From Gemmatimonadota bacterium (GTDB lineage: Bacteria > Gemmatimonadota > Gemmatimonadetes > Longimicrobiales > Gaopeijiaceae): a DNA stretch of 64,000 nucleotides. A program made the translations under genes and the position numbers. The stretch spans positions 61,018-125,017 of the forward strand of contig JBDHHQ010000002.1 of the NCBI GenBank assembly GCA_039589315.1, in the 5' to 3' direction. The notes under the pieces were generated by a model. It saw nothing but the letters and a program-made list of their open reading frames with translations, ran no database searches and was not told the DNA's origin. This document shows positions 1-10,525 of the stretch, piece by piece. Numbering within the stretch: position 1 is the first letter of the stretch; each line of letters begins with the position of its first letter.

Positions 1-46
1 TGATGACGAGGACGCGCCTGGGCGCCTCGGGGTCGGTTTCACTCAC
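1..46 (-). CDS. 5' fragment of a probable GT2 glycosyltransferase (polyprenol-phosphate sugar synthase-like) running off the window edge
   Basis: GTG at 46, overlapping the stop region of the upstream gene, reads MSETDPEAPRRVLVI. This resembles the first beta-strand of GT2 enzymes (RVLVIIPTYNE). Only 15 codons are visible. Confidence 0.35.
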   Translation of the reverse strand, partial: MSETDPEAPRRVLVI

Positions 47-1022
47 GGTTCGCTTCAGTCCGGGTCAGAGTGATCGCGGCAACCAGGGCCGCCGGAGCAA
101 CCTCGACGACGGTGCTCCACAACCGCGCGATGATGGACAGCGCACCCGCGCCCCCAGCACCGACCACCGGTAGGAGAAAGGCGATGAGGAAGCCCTCCCT
201 GACGCCGAGGCCCGCGGGTGCGAAAAACACCAGATAGCCGAGAAGGTAGGCGGCCGCGTACGCCGGCCCCAGGGTCACCAGCGAGCCGGGTTGGCCGAAG
301 CTCCGCGCCAGCAGCCAGAAGGCTACGCCCTGGCCGACCCACACGATCAGGTAGAGGCCGATCCAGCGCAACGTGAAGAGGGCGCCGATCCGCACCTCTC
401 CAGGCAGCCCGCGCCCGGCGGTCCGCCGCCAGAGCTCCTCGAGCCGCCGATGCACGGGCGGAACCATGCTGATGAGCACGCCCGCCAGGATCGCGGCCAG
501 CGCGCCGTAGCCCAGGCGCCGCATCTCTTCACTGCCAGCCAACAGCGCACCCGTGCCCACGATGGCCGCGCCAGCGAGTGCGAACACCTGGCAGAGGATC
601 GCCGCACCGGCCGACATGGCCGACTGCACGCCCACCGTCCGTCCCAGGTAGGCCAGTCCCGCCAGCTGCCAGACCTTGCCCGGCACGTACCGGGCGAGGT
701 TCGCCACGAAGAACACTCGAATGGATGCCCACGGCGACAGATGCGGTCCCCCGAGGTCGCCCACCATGGCCCCCCACAGCGAGGCGGCGAAGAGGAAGGT
801 GGCCAGAAGCACGACGGACGCCAGTGCCAGGAGACCCCACCGGGGCTTCCAGGCCTCGGGATCCAGGTCCCGCAGGTCGGCAAAGCCCACCCCGAGGCGG
901 TCCAGGATGAACCACGTGACGGCGACGGTGAGGGCCAGCTTCAGGAGCCCCAGCGCGCCCCGCCGGATCGTGGACCCGGTGGTCGCGCCCTCGGCTCGCT
1001 CGGTTTCGAGGGTTCCGCTCAT
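39..1022 (-). CDS. Lysylphosphatidylglycerol synthase TM-domain / flippase-like membrane protein (UPF0104-like)
   Basis: Polytopic hydrophobic protein with ARYVPGKVW and APAGLGVREG motifs. Start moved to the ATG at 1022 (MSGTLET). Confidence 0.85.
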   Translation of the reverse strand: MSGTLETERAEGATTGSTIRRGALGLLKLALTVAVTWFILDRLGVGFADLRDLDPEAWKPRWGLLALASVVLLATFLFAASLWGAMVGDLGGPHLSPWASIRVFFVANLARYVPGKVWQLAGLAYLGRTVGVQSAMSAGAAILCQVFALAGAAIVGTGALLAGSEEMRRLGYGALAAILAGVLISMVPPVHRRLEELWRRTAGRGLPGEVRIGALFTLRWIGLYLIVWVGQGVAFWLLARSFGQPGSLVTLGPAYAAAYLLGYLVFFAPAGLGVREGFLIAFLLPVVGAGGAGALSIIARLWSTVVEVAPAALVAAITLTRTEANRE

Positions 1023-1355
1023 GGCCTGGCGGTTGGCGCTCGGCTCGGGCATGTCCCGAGCAGGCGCGGCACGGCCCGTCGGCGGCGCGAGAAACCGTCG
1101 ACGTGCCGCTCCTTCTGCGTTGTCCGGGATACGAAAGGCGTCTGAACGCCCGGAAGCTATTGGATCCGACGCACGTGGCCAATGGGACGGACGCGCCCGC
1201 CACCCCCGTCTCCCGCGCTCGCTGCGCATCGCGGAAGAGCCGAAAACTTGAGTGGACACGTATATTGGGCGCAACCGGGCATCGGGAGCTCCGCACCGCG
1301 GCGTGACCAGGCTCGGCGCTCGCTCGCCATGGATTCCTGACGGCTCCGGACCACC

Positions 1356-2624
1356 GTGAACGTCCTTTACATTGCGTCAGCCTACAATCGGCACGACGGG
1401 GACGTCATCACGCCGTGGCTCGTCCGCTCCATCGAGGAGGTCCAGAGCCGAGGCGTCCGGGTGGACGTCCTGGCCCCATCCTACCGGGGCTCCGCGAGCC
1501 ACAGCGTCGGCGGTGTGCGGGTCCACCGCTTTCGCTACGCGCCCGGAAGGCTCGAAGACCTCACGCACGACCAGACCGCCCCGGACCGCATCCGCTCTCG
1601 GCCCTGGTACGCCGCGCTGGTGCCGGGGTACGTGGCGTCGGCGTCCCTGGCGGCAGCCCGCCTGGTCCACCGGGAGGGCTTCGACCTCGTGCACGTGCAC
1701 TGGCCGATCCCCCACGGCGTCATCGGACTCGCGGCTCGATGGGCCACGGGAGTCCCGGTCGTGAGCTCATTCCACGGAGTCGAGCTCACCTGGACCAAGA
1801 ACGACCTGCGGGTGTTGACGCCGGTTCTCCGGTACCTGATCAAGTCTTCGGACGCGGTCACGGCCAACTCCACCTACACGCAGCGCCTGATCCGCGGGCT
1901 TCACGATCGGCCGGTCGAGCTGATCCCCTTCGGGACCACGGTACCGGTCCACGTGGATCCTTCGAGCCTCGGGAAGCCGGCCGACGCCCCGTTCGAGCTG
2001 CTCTGTGTGGGCCGACTGGTGGAGCGAAAGGGGGTTCCCGTGCTGCTGGAGGCCCTCTCCCGATTCGACCCTCAGCGGCAGGTGAGCCTCCATGTCGTCG
2101 GAGACGGACCCCGCCGAGCCCAGTGGGAGGCTCAGGCCGCCGAGCTGGGCCTGTCGGATCGCGTCCACTTCCACGGCTTCGTCTCCGAGGAGCAGCTCGC
2201 CGTCCGGTATGCCTCGTGTGACGCCTTCGTCTTGCCGGCAGTCATCGATTCGAAGGGTGACACGGAAGGTCTCGGTGTGGTTCTCATCGAGGCCGCCAGC
2301 AACGGGAAGCCGCTCATCGGGTCCGCCATCGGCGGCATCGTGGACGTGGTGAGGGACGACGTCTCGGGGATCCGCGTGCCTCCCTCGGACCCGCCCGCCC
2401 TGGCGGCAGCCATCGTTTCCCTGATGGACGACCTGGAGCGCCGACGCGCCCTGGGCGAGGGCGCCCGCCGGCTGTGGGAGGCGGAGTTCTCGTGGGCCAT
2501 CATCGCCGACCGTCTGATCGATCTTTACGAGTCTCTGGTCAACGGCGACAAGCCGGCTCCCGATGCCGTGGAGGACCCCACCGTCGTTGCCCGAGCGGGA
2601 ACGAAGGCGACGATCGGCCCGTGA
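1356..2624 (+). CDS. Glycosyltransferase family 4 (GT-B)
   Basis: Motifs HVHWPIPHG, VGRLVERKG and DTEGLGVVLIEA (EX7E). Confidence 0.92.
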   Translation: MNVLYIASAYNRHDGDVITPWLVRSIEEVQSRGVRVDVLAPSYRGSASHSVGGVRVHRFRYAPGRLEDLTHDQTAPDRIRSRPWYAALVPGYVASASLAAARLVHREGFDLVHVHWPIPHGVIGLAARWATGVPVVSSFHGVELTWTKNDLRVLTPVLRYLIKSSDAVTANSTYTQRLIRGLHDRPVELIPFGTTVPVHVDPSSLGKPADAPFELLCVGRLVERKGVPVLLEALSRFDPQRQVSLHVVGDGPRRAQWEAQAAELGLSDRVHFHGFVSEEQLAVRYASCDAFVLPAVIDSKGDTEGLGVVLIEAASNGKPLIGSAIGGIVDVVRDDVSGIRVPPSDPPALAAAIVSLMDDLERRRALGEGARRLWEAEFSWAIIADRLIDLYESLVNGDKPAPDAVEDPTVVARAGTKATIGP

Positions 2625-5038
2625 CGTCCGAGCCGGCGGACAGCGGTCCCGCAGGCGCCTCCGCCAAGGTGGGTGCCGGAATCTCCGCGATCTACCTGAT
2701 GCTCTCGCTGCTGTTCTTCCTCCCGGCTCTGCTACCGGGCAAGCAGATCTTCGGCACCGACTACCTGTCCACCGCGTACTTCTGGGAGGAGTTCGCCTCG
2801 GCGCGGTTCGCGGCCGGCGAGATCCCGAGCTGGCTGCCCACGGTGTACGGCGGCGTCCCGTTCTTCGCGAACCCGATGGACGTCTACTACCCCGCCAGCG
2901 TCCTCTTCCGGCTCGTGGGCCTCCCGACCCACCTGCACCTGGCCCTGCTCTTCGTCGTGCAGTACTGGATCGCAGGGACAGGGACGTACCTCCTTCTGAG
3001 GGAGCTCGGCGCCCGGACCGCACCGAGCGCCCTGGGTGGCCTGGCGTACATGTTCACCGGCTACCTGATCTCGTACGTCTACGCGGGTCACGACGGGAGG
3101 GCCATCGTCGCCACCTTGGCGCCGCTGTTCCTCTTCGCGCTCCACGGTGGCATGCGCACGGGTCTCCTTCGGTGGTTCGCCCTCGCCGGCGCCGTCCTCG
3201 GTTCCGCCTTCCTGTCCTTCCAGATACAGAGCTCCTACTACCTCATGCTGGCCGGTGGGCTCTGGTGCCTGTACCTCTTGTGGGCCCTGCGCGGCCATCG
3301 TCCGGCGCGTCAGCTGTTGCGCCGGCTCGCGGGCGGAGCGGCTACGCTCGTACTGGCCTTTGCCCTGGCTGCGGTGAACTTCGTGCCCTTCGCCGGCTAC
3401 GTGGAGAGCTCGCCTCGCGCGGGCAGCGGCGGACGCGGGTACGACTACGCGGTCTCGTGGTCCATGCCGCCCGAGGAGATCGCGGGCCTGGCGGTGCCCG
3501 AGCGCAGTGGCACGCTGGAGTACTACCGGGGGGTCAATCCCTTCAAGCTCCACACCGAGTATGCCGGAGCACTGGTGCTCCTCCTATGCTTCATGGGCGG
3601 GTACGTGCTCAAGGGGGTCCGGGGTCCCTGGTTTTTCGTGGCGCTGGGCGCCTTTGCGCTCACGCTGGCGTTCGGCGGGTACACACCGCTGTACCGCCTC
3701 TACTATGCGTTCCTTCCCGGCACGGCCAAGTTCCGGGCTCCCTCCATCGCGTTCTTCCTGGTGAGCCTTTCTCTCGTGGTGTTCGCCGCGTCGGCCCTGG
3801 ACCGTCTGATGGAGCTCAGGGACCGCGTCCTTGCGGCTTCGCCGGAAGATCCCCCTTCCGAAGCGGATGAAGAGCTGGTTCGATCCGCCGCCATCCTGGC
3901 CGTCATGGGAGCCGTGGGGGTCCTCGCCTGGGCCGGTTGGGCCACCTTTCGGGCAGCCACGTCCGGTCCCGGGCCATCCACGGCCGGAGCCGGCTACGCG
4001 CTGGGCATGTGGCGCTTCTCCCTGTTCGCGGTTCTGACGGCGGCCGTGCTGGTCCTCTGGCTCCGGGGTTGGGTCAGAACCCTCGTTGCCGTAGTCGTGC
4101 TCGCGCTGGTGACGCTCGCTGACCTCTGGTTGGTGGACAGGCAATTCTTCCACACGGTGCGCGAGCCCTCGGAGTACTTCGCGCCGGACGAGGTCGCCGG
4201 CTACCTGCGGCAGCAAGAGGGTCCCTTCCGGGTCTACGTCCTCTCCGACCTGCCGCAGAACAACTACTTCACGCTGTTCGGCATCCAGCTCGTGGGCGGG
4301 GATCACGGCAATCAGCTCAGCGCCTACAACGAGTTTCTGGGAGAAGGCGAGACCAGCTACACCGACTTCGGCAACCTCGAGGACCCGCGCTACCTGGCTC
4401 TGGTGAACGCCCGCTACCTGGTCACGACCCTCGACCTCGACCGCGACTACCTCGAACCCGTGTTCCGGGGACGGACCTCGGGTACCCAGGCCACGGTGTA
4501 CGAGAATCGGCGACTGCTGCCCCGAGCGTTCATGGTCCCCACGGCGACGTCGGTGCTGGGCTGGGCGGGCTTGCAGGCCCGTATGCGGCAGGGCTCGTTC
4601 GCACCCGATCGCGAGGTGCTGCTGTACGGGGAATCCCGAGCCACGGAGCTCTCCGACCCGGGCGCCGCAGGTGACGCAGAGATCCTCCAGTATGACCCCG
4701 CCAGGGTCGTGGTCCGTACCCGGTCCCCGAAGGGGGGCCACCTGGTGCTGACGGATAACTTCTACCCGGGGTGGCAGGCAGCCATCGACGGTGAGGAAGC
4801 ATCCATACAGCGGGCGTATCACACCTTCCGGGCCGTGGCCGTGCCGGCGGGCGACCACGAGGTGGTCTTCACGTTCGAACCGGCGCCGCTGCGTGCGGGG
4901 CTCGTGATTTCGTTCACGACCGCGCTTCTGCTCCTGTCGGGGGGCGTGGTCTGGCTGCTCGGCCGCCGCCTACGGCCGGCTCCGGCCGGCACGTTGGAGG
5001 CGACTCCGGACAGGTCCCGGCAGACGAGCGCGCCATGA
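2621..5038 (+). CDS. YfhO-family (GT-C) membrane glycosyltransferase
   Basis: GTG start overlaps the GT4 stop (GTGA). Motifs FGTDYL, YGGVPFFANP, FRAPS and C-terminal DNFYPGWQA...FRAVAVPAGDHEV. Many TM helices. Confidence 0.88.
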   Translation: MTSEPADSGPAGASAKVGAGISAIYLMLSLLFFLPALLPGKQIFGTDYLSTAYFWEEFASARFAAGEIPSWLPTVYGGVPFFANPMDVYYPASVLFRLVGLPTHLHLALLFVVQYWIAGTGTYLLLRELGARTAPSALGGLAYMFTGYLISYVYAGHDGRAIVATLAPLFLFALHGGMRTGLLRWFALAGAVLGSAFLSFQIQSSYYLMLAGGLWCLYLLWALRGHRPARQLLRRLAGGAATLVLAFALAAVNFVPFAGYVESSPRAGSGGRGYDYAVSWSMPPEEIAGLAVPERSGTLEYYRGVNPFKLHTEYAGALVLLLCFMGGYVLKGVRGPWFFVALGAFALTLAFGGYTPLYRLYYAFLPGTAKFRAPSIAFFLVSLSLVVFAASALDRLMELRDRVLAASPEDPPSEADEELVRSAAILAVMGAVGVLAWAGWATFRAATSGPGPSTAGAGYALGMWRFSLFAVLTAAVLVLWLRGWVRTLVAVVVLALVTLADLWLVDRQFFHTVREPSEYFAPDEVAGYLRQQEGPFRVYVLSDLPQNNYFTLFGIQLVGGDHGNQLSAYNEFLGEGETSYTDFGNLEDPRYLALVNARYLVTTLDLDRDYLEPVFRGRTSGTQATVYENRRLLPRAFMVPTATSVLGWAGLQARMRQGSFAPDREVLLYGESRATELSDPGAAGDAEILQYDPARVVVRTRSPKGGHLVLTDNFYPGWQAAIDGEEASIQRAYHTFRAVAVPAGDHEVVFTFEPAPLRAGLVISFTTALLLLSGGVVWLLGRRLRPAPAGTLEATPDRSRQTSAP

Positions 5039-5697
5039 CCACGCTGGAGCGGAGTCGGGGATTCTACCGGGAGCGCTACCGGGCCGCGCCCGGGGCCATG
5101 CGGGACTACCGCCTCTACCTGCCGCTTCTCGGTGGGGTGACCCAGGGGCGCGTCCTCGACGTCGGGTGCGGCGAGGGCCACTTCCTCGAGGCCGCGGCGG
5201 AGGCCGGCCTGGAGCCCACGGGCGTCGAGATCGTGCCGGAGGCCCTCCTGCTCGCCCGCGCCAGCCAGCCGGATGCGGGTTGGGTGCTGGCCGCCGGCGA
5301 GGACCTCCCGTTCCCGGACGAGACCTTCGACGCCGTGACATGCCTCGGCACGCTCGAGCACTTCGTCGATCCGCCGGGAGGCGCCAGCGAGGTGGCCCGC
5401 GTGCTGAAGCCCAGCGGGCGGGCGCTGATCGTGGTGCCCAACCTGCGCTTCCTCTGGTGGACGCTCACGGGTAGCCCAGGGACGGAACAGCAGGATGCGT
5501 CCGAGCTGCTCCTGGACCGCTCAGGCTGGACAGCCCTGCTGGAGAGGGCCGGCCTGGAGGTCCTCTCCGTGGAGGCGGAACCGTGGTACAGCAAGCCGGC
5601 ACCGGCGTGGAAGGCGCTCGTGAGAAAGGCCATCTGGTCCCTGCTACCCCTCCGCTGGACGTATCAGCTCGCCTTCCTCTGCCGCCGATCGCGGTAG
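5035..5697 (+). CDS. Class I SAM-dependent methyltransferase
   Basis: VLDVGCGEG motif I, LPFPDETFDAV and RVLKPSG. ATGA coupling to the upstream gene. Confidence 0.9.
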   Translation: MTTLERSRGFYRERYRAAPGAMRDYRLYLPLLGGVTQGRVLDVGCGEGHFLEAAAEAGLEPTGVEIVPEALLLARASQPDAGWVLAAGEDLPFPDETFDAVTCLGTLEHFVDPPGGASEVARVLKPSGRALIVVPNLRFLWWTLTGSPGTEQQDASELLLDRSGWTALLERAGLEVLSVEAEPWYSKPAPAWKALVRKAIWSLLPLRWTYQLAFLCRRSR

Positions 5698-8208
5698 CTC
5701 GCCGCCCGCATCCGGCACCCTGCCCCCGCCACGGCCCCTCCGGGCAGACACGACGATGAACGTGACCAGGACCGCGGTACACGCCAGGCTCAACAGCAGC
5801 GCCCGCACCAGGCTGCCCGTATCGTAGGCGATCTCCACGCGGTGGCGGCCGGGCTCCAACGGCACCGCCCGCAGCACGTAGTTCGCCCGTAGCAGTGCGG
5901 TAGGCTCGCCATCCACCCGGGCGCGCCACGACGGGAACCAGCTCTCCGAAAGCACCAGCAGCGCGGGCCGGGTCGTCTCCACGTCCAACTCCAGGCCGTT
6001 CGGCTCACGGCGCGTCCACCGTACCGCTCCCTCGGGAGGCTGCCCGTCCAGGGCGATGGGAGCGGGCTCCGCCAGGACCACCTGCCCGGTCGGGTCGAAG
6101 CCCGGCCCCGCGATGAAGCTCACGGCGTCCTCGTCGGGTACGATCACCGCTTCCGAGACCAGTCGGGCTCGCGGTAGACCCGGGAAGGCATAGACGGCCG
6201 AGTAGACCCGCCCGTCCGCGAGCGCGGCCTCGTTCACCCGGCGCAGCCCCTCAAGGTGCGGCACGCCCTGCACAGCCTCCAGGGGACCCAGCTGCGCCAC
6301 CGGCCAGAGCAGGTAGCGCACGTTGAGAATGGGGAGGATGTTGGGCGATTCGAACAGACGCTGGGGAAGCCCGCTTCCAGCCATCCCGATGAGCTCCCGG
6401 TACCGGCCGAGGTCGTTGGGATGATGTCCCCCGGCCAGCTCCAGGCCGAACATGGCCGGGTTCACGTCCTGGCCGTTCCCACCCATCATCGAGAAGACGC
6501 GGAACGGCTCCTCGGCATCGAGGCGCCCCTGGAGGTAGCGGATGTTGGGATCGGGTGCGGACCACGTGCGGAAGTCGAACGTCTCGATGAAGGGATCGTC
6601 CACTCGAACCACGTCCGCGAAGGCAAGGACGCCCACGATGCTTGCCAGGAGCGCGGCTCCGATCCGACGGTCCCGATACAGCCAGATCGCCCCACCGACC
6701 CCTCCAGCCAATGTCGTCGAGATGGCGAAGCCCCTCACGATGAAGGGGGTCGCCTGTTCGAGGGCGGTGGCCTTGGCCGGATCGATGCCGGCGTAGAGCA
6801 CCGATACCCAAACGTCCAACAGGACGCCGGAGGCGGCGAGGCCGGTGAGCACGGCCAACCCTGCGACCCATCCCACCGACACGTTCCGGATGCGCGGCCA
6901 ATCGGCATCCTGCCGGCTCCGGAGCGCCAGCACGCGGTCGAGGCCCAACGCCATCAGCGTGATGGCAGAGAACCCGAAGAGGAAGGCGGCGTTGGAGGGA
7001 GCCCTGAACAGCGAGATCCCCGGCACCAGCTCGTAAAGGATCCGCCACACAGGCGTGTGCCCACCCAACCCGAAGAGGATCGCCAACGTCCCCAGGAACA
7101 GCAGGAACCACCTCACCCCGCTCCTGGCGCCTCCTACGAAGGCCAGGCTGGCCAGAATCAGCACCACGAGTCCGGCGTACTCGTGATTGTGCTTGAAGAC
7201 GTTGCGGCCCCAGTACGTGTTCTCCGCCCAGGCCGCGCCGCCGACGTTGCCGCCGACGAACTCCGGGACCACCAGCGCCGCCACCTCCTCCGGGTGCAGG
7301 CCCCACGAGCTCGAGTACGCCAGAGACTCCTCGCGTGACGCCTGTGTGGTGGTTTGCGTGCGGCGAGAGTGCTCGGTCACGTAGTCCACGGCGGGAAGGA
7401 GCTGAACCGCCGAAACCCCTGCGCCGGCGACGGCGGATCCCAGGAACAGGCCGAAGGCCACCAGCGCTCTGGTAGTCCCCGCCGCTCTCCAGAGCTGGAA
7501 GCACCGGAACGCGTAGTAGAGCCCCAGCGCCCCGAAGAGGAAGTAGGCGGCCTGGAAGTGCGTCGAGATGATCACCACACCGATGCCCAGGGCCAGGGCG
7601 GCGTAGCTGCCTACCCCGCCCCGGGTCAGGGTCCGCTCCGCCAACCAGAACAGGAGGGGAGTCAGCGCCGTGATGAAGATCTTTCCGTCGTGTCCCGGCC
7701 AGACCAGCGACACCAGGAACGGTGCCGAGAGGTACGCGATCCCGGCCACCGAGGCCGCCAGGGGTGTGACGCCCAACCGTCGGACCCACCCGTACATGAA
7801 GAGGCCGCCCGCGAAGACGTGGAGCACCAGCTTCCAGCCGAGGGCGCGGTACGTGTCAAGGAACAGCAGGAGCAACGACGTCGGGTACAGGGAATCGCCG
7901 CCGGCCAGCGACTCGAGGAAGGGGGTGCCTCCGAGGATGAACGGGTTCCAGAGGGGGAACGTGCCGCTCCGCAGCATCTCGGCGTAGAAGGCGCGCGCCA
8001 CGTAGCCGAGGCCCAGGGTGTCCGAGCCGAAGAGCATCTCCCCGGAGATCACGAACTTCCGGAAGAGGATCAGCGTGAGCAGACCGTAAAGGGCTGGAGC
8101 CAACCAGCGCGGTAGCCTCCGTTCCGCCTCCGGCGGCGGCGATCCCACGGCCCGGGCGTCCGCGACTTCGGCCTCGTCGGCTTGGCGTCGCCGCTTCCCC
8201 GAGCTCAT
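5644..8208 (-). CDS. YfhO-family (GT-C) membrane glycosyltransferase, second paralog
   Basis: Start MSSGKRRR at 8208 (ATGA overlap with the GT4 stop). Motifs FGSDTL, PLWNPFILGGTPF, FRAPS and ESWFPSWRA...LRAVPLEPGRH. Confidence 0.88.
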   Translation of the reverse strand: MSSGKRRRQADEAEVADARAVGSPPPEAERRLPRWLAPALYGLLTLILFRKFVISGEMLFGSDTLGLGYVARAFYAEMLRSGTFPLWNPFILGGTPFLESLAGGDSLYPTSLLLLFLDTYRALGWKLVLHVFAGGLFMYGWVRRLGVTPLAASVAGIAYLSAPFLVSLVWPGHDGKIFITALTPLLFWLAERTLTRGGVGSYAALALGIGVVIISTHFQAAYFLFGALGLYYAFRCFQLWRAAGTTRALVAFGLFLGSAVAGAGVSAVQLLPAVDYVTEHSRRTQTTTQASREESLAYSSSWGLHPEEVAALVVPEFVGGNVGGAAWAENTYWGRNVFKHNHEYAGLVVLILASLAFVGGARSGVRWFLLFLGTLAILFGLGGHTPVWRILYELVPGISLFRAPSNAAFLFGFSAITLMALGLDRVLALRSRQDADWPRIRNVSVGWVAGLAVLTGLAASGVLLDVWVSVLYAGIDPAKATALEQATPFIVRGFAISTTLAGGVGGAIWLYRDRRIGAALLASIVGVLAFADVVRVDDPFIETFDFRTWSAPDPNIRYLQGRLDAEEPFRVFSMMGGNGQDVNPAMFGLELAGGHHPNDLGRYRELIGMAGSGLPQRLFESPNILPILNVRYLLWPVAQLGPLEAVQGVPHLEGLRRVNEAALADGRVYSAVYAFPGLPRARLVSEAVIVPDEDAVSFIAGPGFDPTGQVVLAEPAPIALDGQPPEGAVRWTRREPNGLELDVETTRPALLVLSESWFPSWRARVDGEPTALLRANYVLRAVPLEPGRHRVEIAYDTGSLVRALLLSLACTAVLVTFIVVSARRGRGGGRVPDAGGELPRSAAEEGELIRPAEG

Positions 8209-9320
8209 GCGCCGGACCCCCGCGCAGCCACCACCATCTCGTAGACCTCCAGGTGGCGGGTGCCCAGCCGGTCGATGCTCCAGTGCTCCTGGACCCGCGC
8301 GCGCCCATGGGCGCCCAGGTCGTCCAGGTCCGACCGCCGGAGTAGCTCCACCGCCACCCTTGCCAGGTCCTCGGGATCGCCCGGCTCGCAGAGTCCGCCC
8401 ACCTGGTCGTCCACGATCTCGGGCAGCCCCCCGACACGGGTCGCCAGCACCGGTCGCTCGCACGCCATGGCCTCCAGCGCCGCCACCGAGGTCGCCTCCA
8501 TGAGGGACGGGAACACGGCCAGGTCCGCTGAGCCCAGCAGTCCGGGGAGCTCGCTGTTGGGCCGAGCACCGAGAAAGTGGACCCGGTCGGCGACACCGAG
8601 CTCCCCGGCCAGGGCCTCCAAGCGGGGGCGCTCCGGCCCGTCGCCCACGACGAACGCCTCGGCGTCCACGGATTTGGCGATGATGGGAACGGCGCGCACG
8701 AGGTACTCCACGCCGTTCTTCTCGTACAGGCGCCTGGGCGCCACGAGACGCCGACGGGACGACGGAGGTAACGACCCGTCGCGCTTGCGAAAGTCGGCGG
8801 TGTCGACGCCGTTCGTGAACGGCTCCACGTGGACCCCCGGGGCGAGATCCTCGGCAACCCGGGCGATCTCGACGCTGGCGGCCATGGCGTGGTCGGGCCA
8901 ACGCACAGTACGGGCCAGGATCGGTCTCCAGCGCGGCCGCTGGGCCCGGCGCAGGAAGTGGGACGTATGGAAGCTCGCCACGAGGGGCGTGCCGTGCCGC
9001 CATCGCGCCACCACGCCGGGGGGCACCGACGCGAACGCCTGCGCGTGCACCACGTCGGCATCTGCGGCCAGCGCCACCAGGCGTGGGGTCGAAGCCAGGG
9101 AGTGGGCCACCCAGCCGGGCGGGTTGCGCGACGGGAACCACGTCCGCCACACGCGCACGCCCTCCATGTCCTCGTGGGCCGGGACGCCGGGAAGGGAGCG
9201 CGACGTGACGACGTCGACGCGGTGGCCCTGCCGGACGAACCAGCGGGCCAACTGGTAGATGTGGCTCTCGAGCCCCCCCACCTCAGGGGGGAAATAGATG
9301 CAGTGCATCAGGATGTTCAT
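8205..9320 (-). CDS. Glycosyltransferase family 4
   Basis: Motifs YFPPEVGGLE, RRLYEKNG and EATSVAALEAMA. Confidence 0.92.
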   Translation of the reverse strand: MNILMHCIYFPPEVGGLESHIYQLARWFVRQGHRVDVVTSRSLPGVPAHEDMEGVRVWRTWFPSRNPPGWVAHSLASTPRLVALAADADVVHAQAFASVPPGVVARWRHGTPLVASFHTSHFLRRAQRPRWRPILARTVRWPDHAMAASVEIARVAEDLAPGVHVEPFTNGVDTADFRKRDGSLPPSSRRRLVAPRRLYEKNGVEYLVRAVPIIAKSVDAEAFVVGDGPERPRLEALAGELGVADRVHFLGARPNSELPGLLGSADLAVFPSLMEATSVAALEAMACERPVLATRVGGLPEIVDDQVGGLCEPGDPEDLARVAVELLRRSDLDDLGAHGRARVQEHWSIDRLGTRHLEVYEMVVAARGSGA

Positions 9321-10525
9321 GATGCAGAGACGTCCGCGGCGGTGACGGCCCTGGAGGCCCCCGTCCAGTCTTCGAGGGACCTGTCACGCCCGGCGAGAGA
9401 CGCTGAGAGGATATCCGCGATGCGGGCCGAGGCCTGCCCGTCGCCATAGGGGCTCCCGACACGGCTCATCGTCGCCCGGGCGCCGTCATCGGTCAGCAGT
9501 CGCACAGCCTCGCGGACGATGACGGCTCGGTCGGTACCCACCAGGCGCGCGACCCCCGCCCGGACCCCCTCCCCTCGCTCCGTCACCTCGCGCAGCACGA
9601 GCACGGGCGTGCCGAAGGTCGGTGCCTCCTCCTGGATCCCGCCCGAATCGGTCAAGATCAGCTGAGCCGACTTCAGCGCCCACACCAGGTCCAGGTATCC
9701 CAGCGGATCGGTCAGGTGGATGCGCGCGCGCCCCCCGAGGATCTCGGCAGCGGGAGCTCGAACGTTGGGATTCGGGTGCACGGGATAGAGCACCTCGACG
9801 TCGTCCACGGACTCGGTCACCTCCACCACGGCTCGGAAGACGTCTCGCAGCGGCTCGCCGAACGACTCCCGTCGGTGGGCGGTGAGCAGCACAAGGGGGG
9901 CGCCCCTGTCCAGGATGTCCCTCAGGTGTGGATCCGACGGCTCCGGTAGTCGCTGCGCCACGTCCAGGAGGGCGTCCACGACCGTGTTGCCCGTCACGAA
10001 GATGCTGGAGTCGGGCACTCCCTCACGCCGGAGGTTGTCCGCCGCCGGACCCGTGGGCGCGAAGTGGAAGTCGGCGATCACGTCGGTGAGCTTGCGCAGG
10101 ACTTCCTCCGGGAACGGGGAGCGCTTGCGGCCGCTCCGCAACCCCGCCTCCACGTGGCCGACGCCGACGTCTTCGAAGAAGCCAACCAGCGAAGCGTAGA
10201 ACACCGTCGCCGTATCGCCCTGCACCAGCAGCACGTCGGGTCGGAAGTCCCGCACGACCTCCCTCAGGCCGTCGAGACAGCCGTGGGCCACGTCATACAG
10301 GCTCTGACCTTCCCGCATGATGTCGAGATCGTAGTCAGGGCGCAGATCGAACACCTCGAGCACCTGGTCCACCAGCGTCGTGTGCTGCCCCGTGAGCGCG
10401 AGCCGGGTCTCGATATCGTCCAGGTCCCGCAGCGCGGCGAAGACCGGCGCCATCTTGATGGCTTCGGGGCGCGTCCCGATGACGAGCAGCACCCGATGAT
10501 GACGGCCTGCCAGGTCCTCGCTCAA
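9317..10525 (-). CDS. wecB: UDP-N-acetylglucosamine 2-epimerase (non-hydrolysing)
   Basis: Motifs GTRPEAIKMAP, QGDT, HVEAGLRS, TAHRRE and TDSGGIQEEA. Probable TTG start at 10525 with a GGAGAG RBS; the ORF is open to 10615. Confidence 0.95.
   Translation of the reverse strand: MSEDLAGRHHRVLLVIGTRPEAIKMAPVFAALRDLDDIETRLALTGQHTTLVDQVLEVFDLRPDYDLDIMREGQSLYDVAHGCLDGLREVVRDFRPDVLLVQGDTATVFYASLVGFFEDVGVGHVEAGLRSGRKRSPFPEEVLRKLTDVIADFHFAPTGPAADNLRREGVPDSSIFVTGNTVVDALLDVAQRLPEPSDPHLRDILDRGAPLVLLTAHRRESFGEPLRDVFRAVVEVTESVDDVEVLYPVHPNPNVRAPAAEILGGRARIHLTDPLGYLDLVWALKSAQLILTDSGGIQEEAPTFGTPVLVLREVTERGEGVRAGVARLVGTDRAVIVREAVRLLTDDGARATMSRVGSPYGDGQASARIADILSASLAGRDRSLEDWTGASRAVTAADVSAS

Noticed and set aside
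5644..9150. 1168-aa ORF suggesting a GT4-YfhO fusion or frameshift
   Set aside because: The first ~314 aa are an off-frame reading of the GT4 gene. The true start at 8208 has a normal ATGA coupling.
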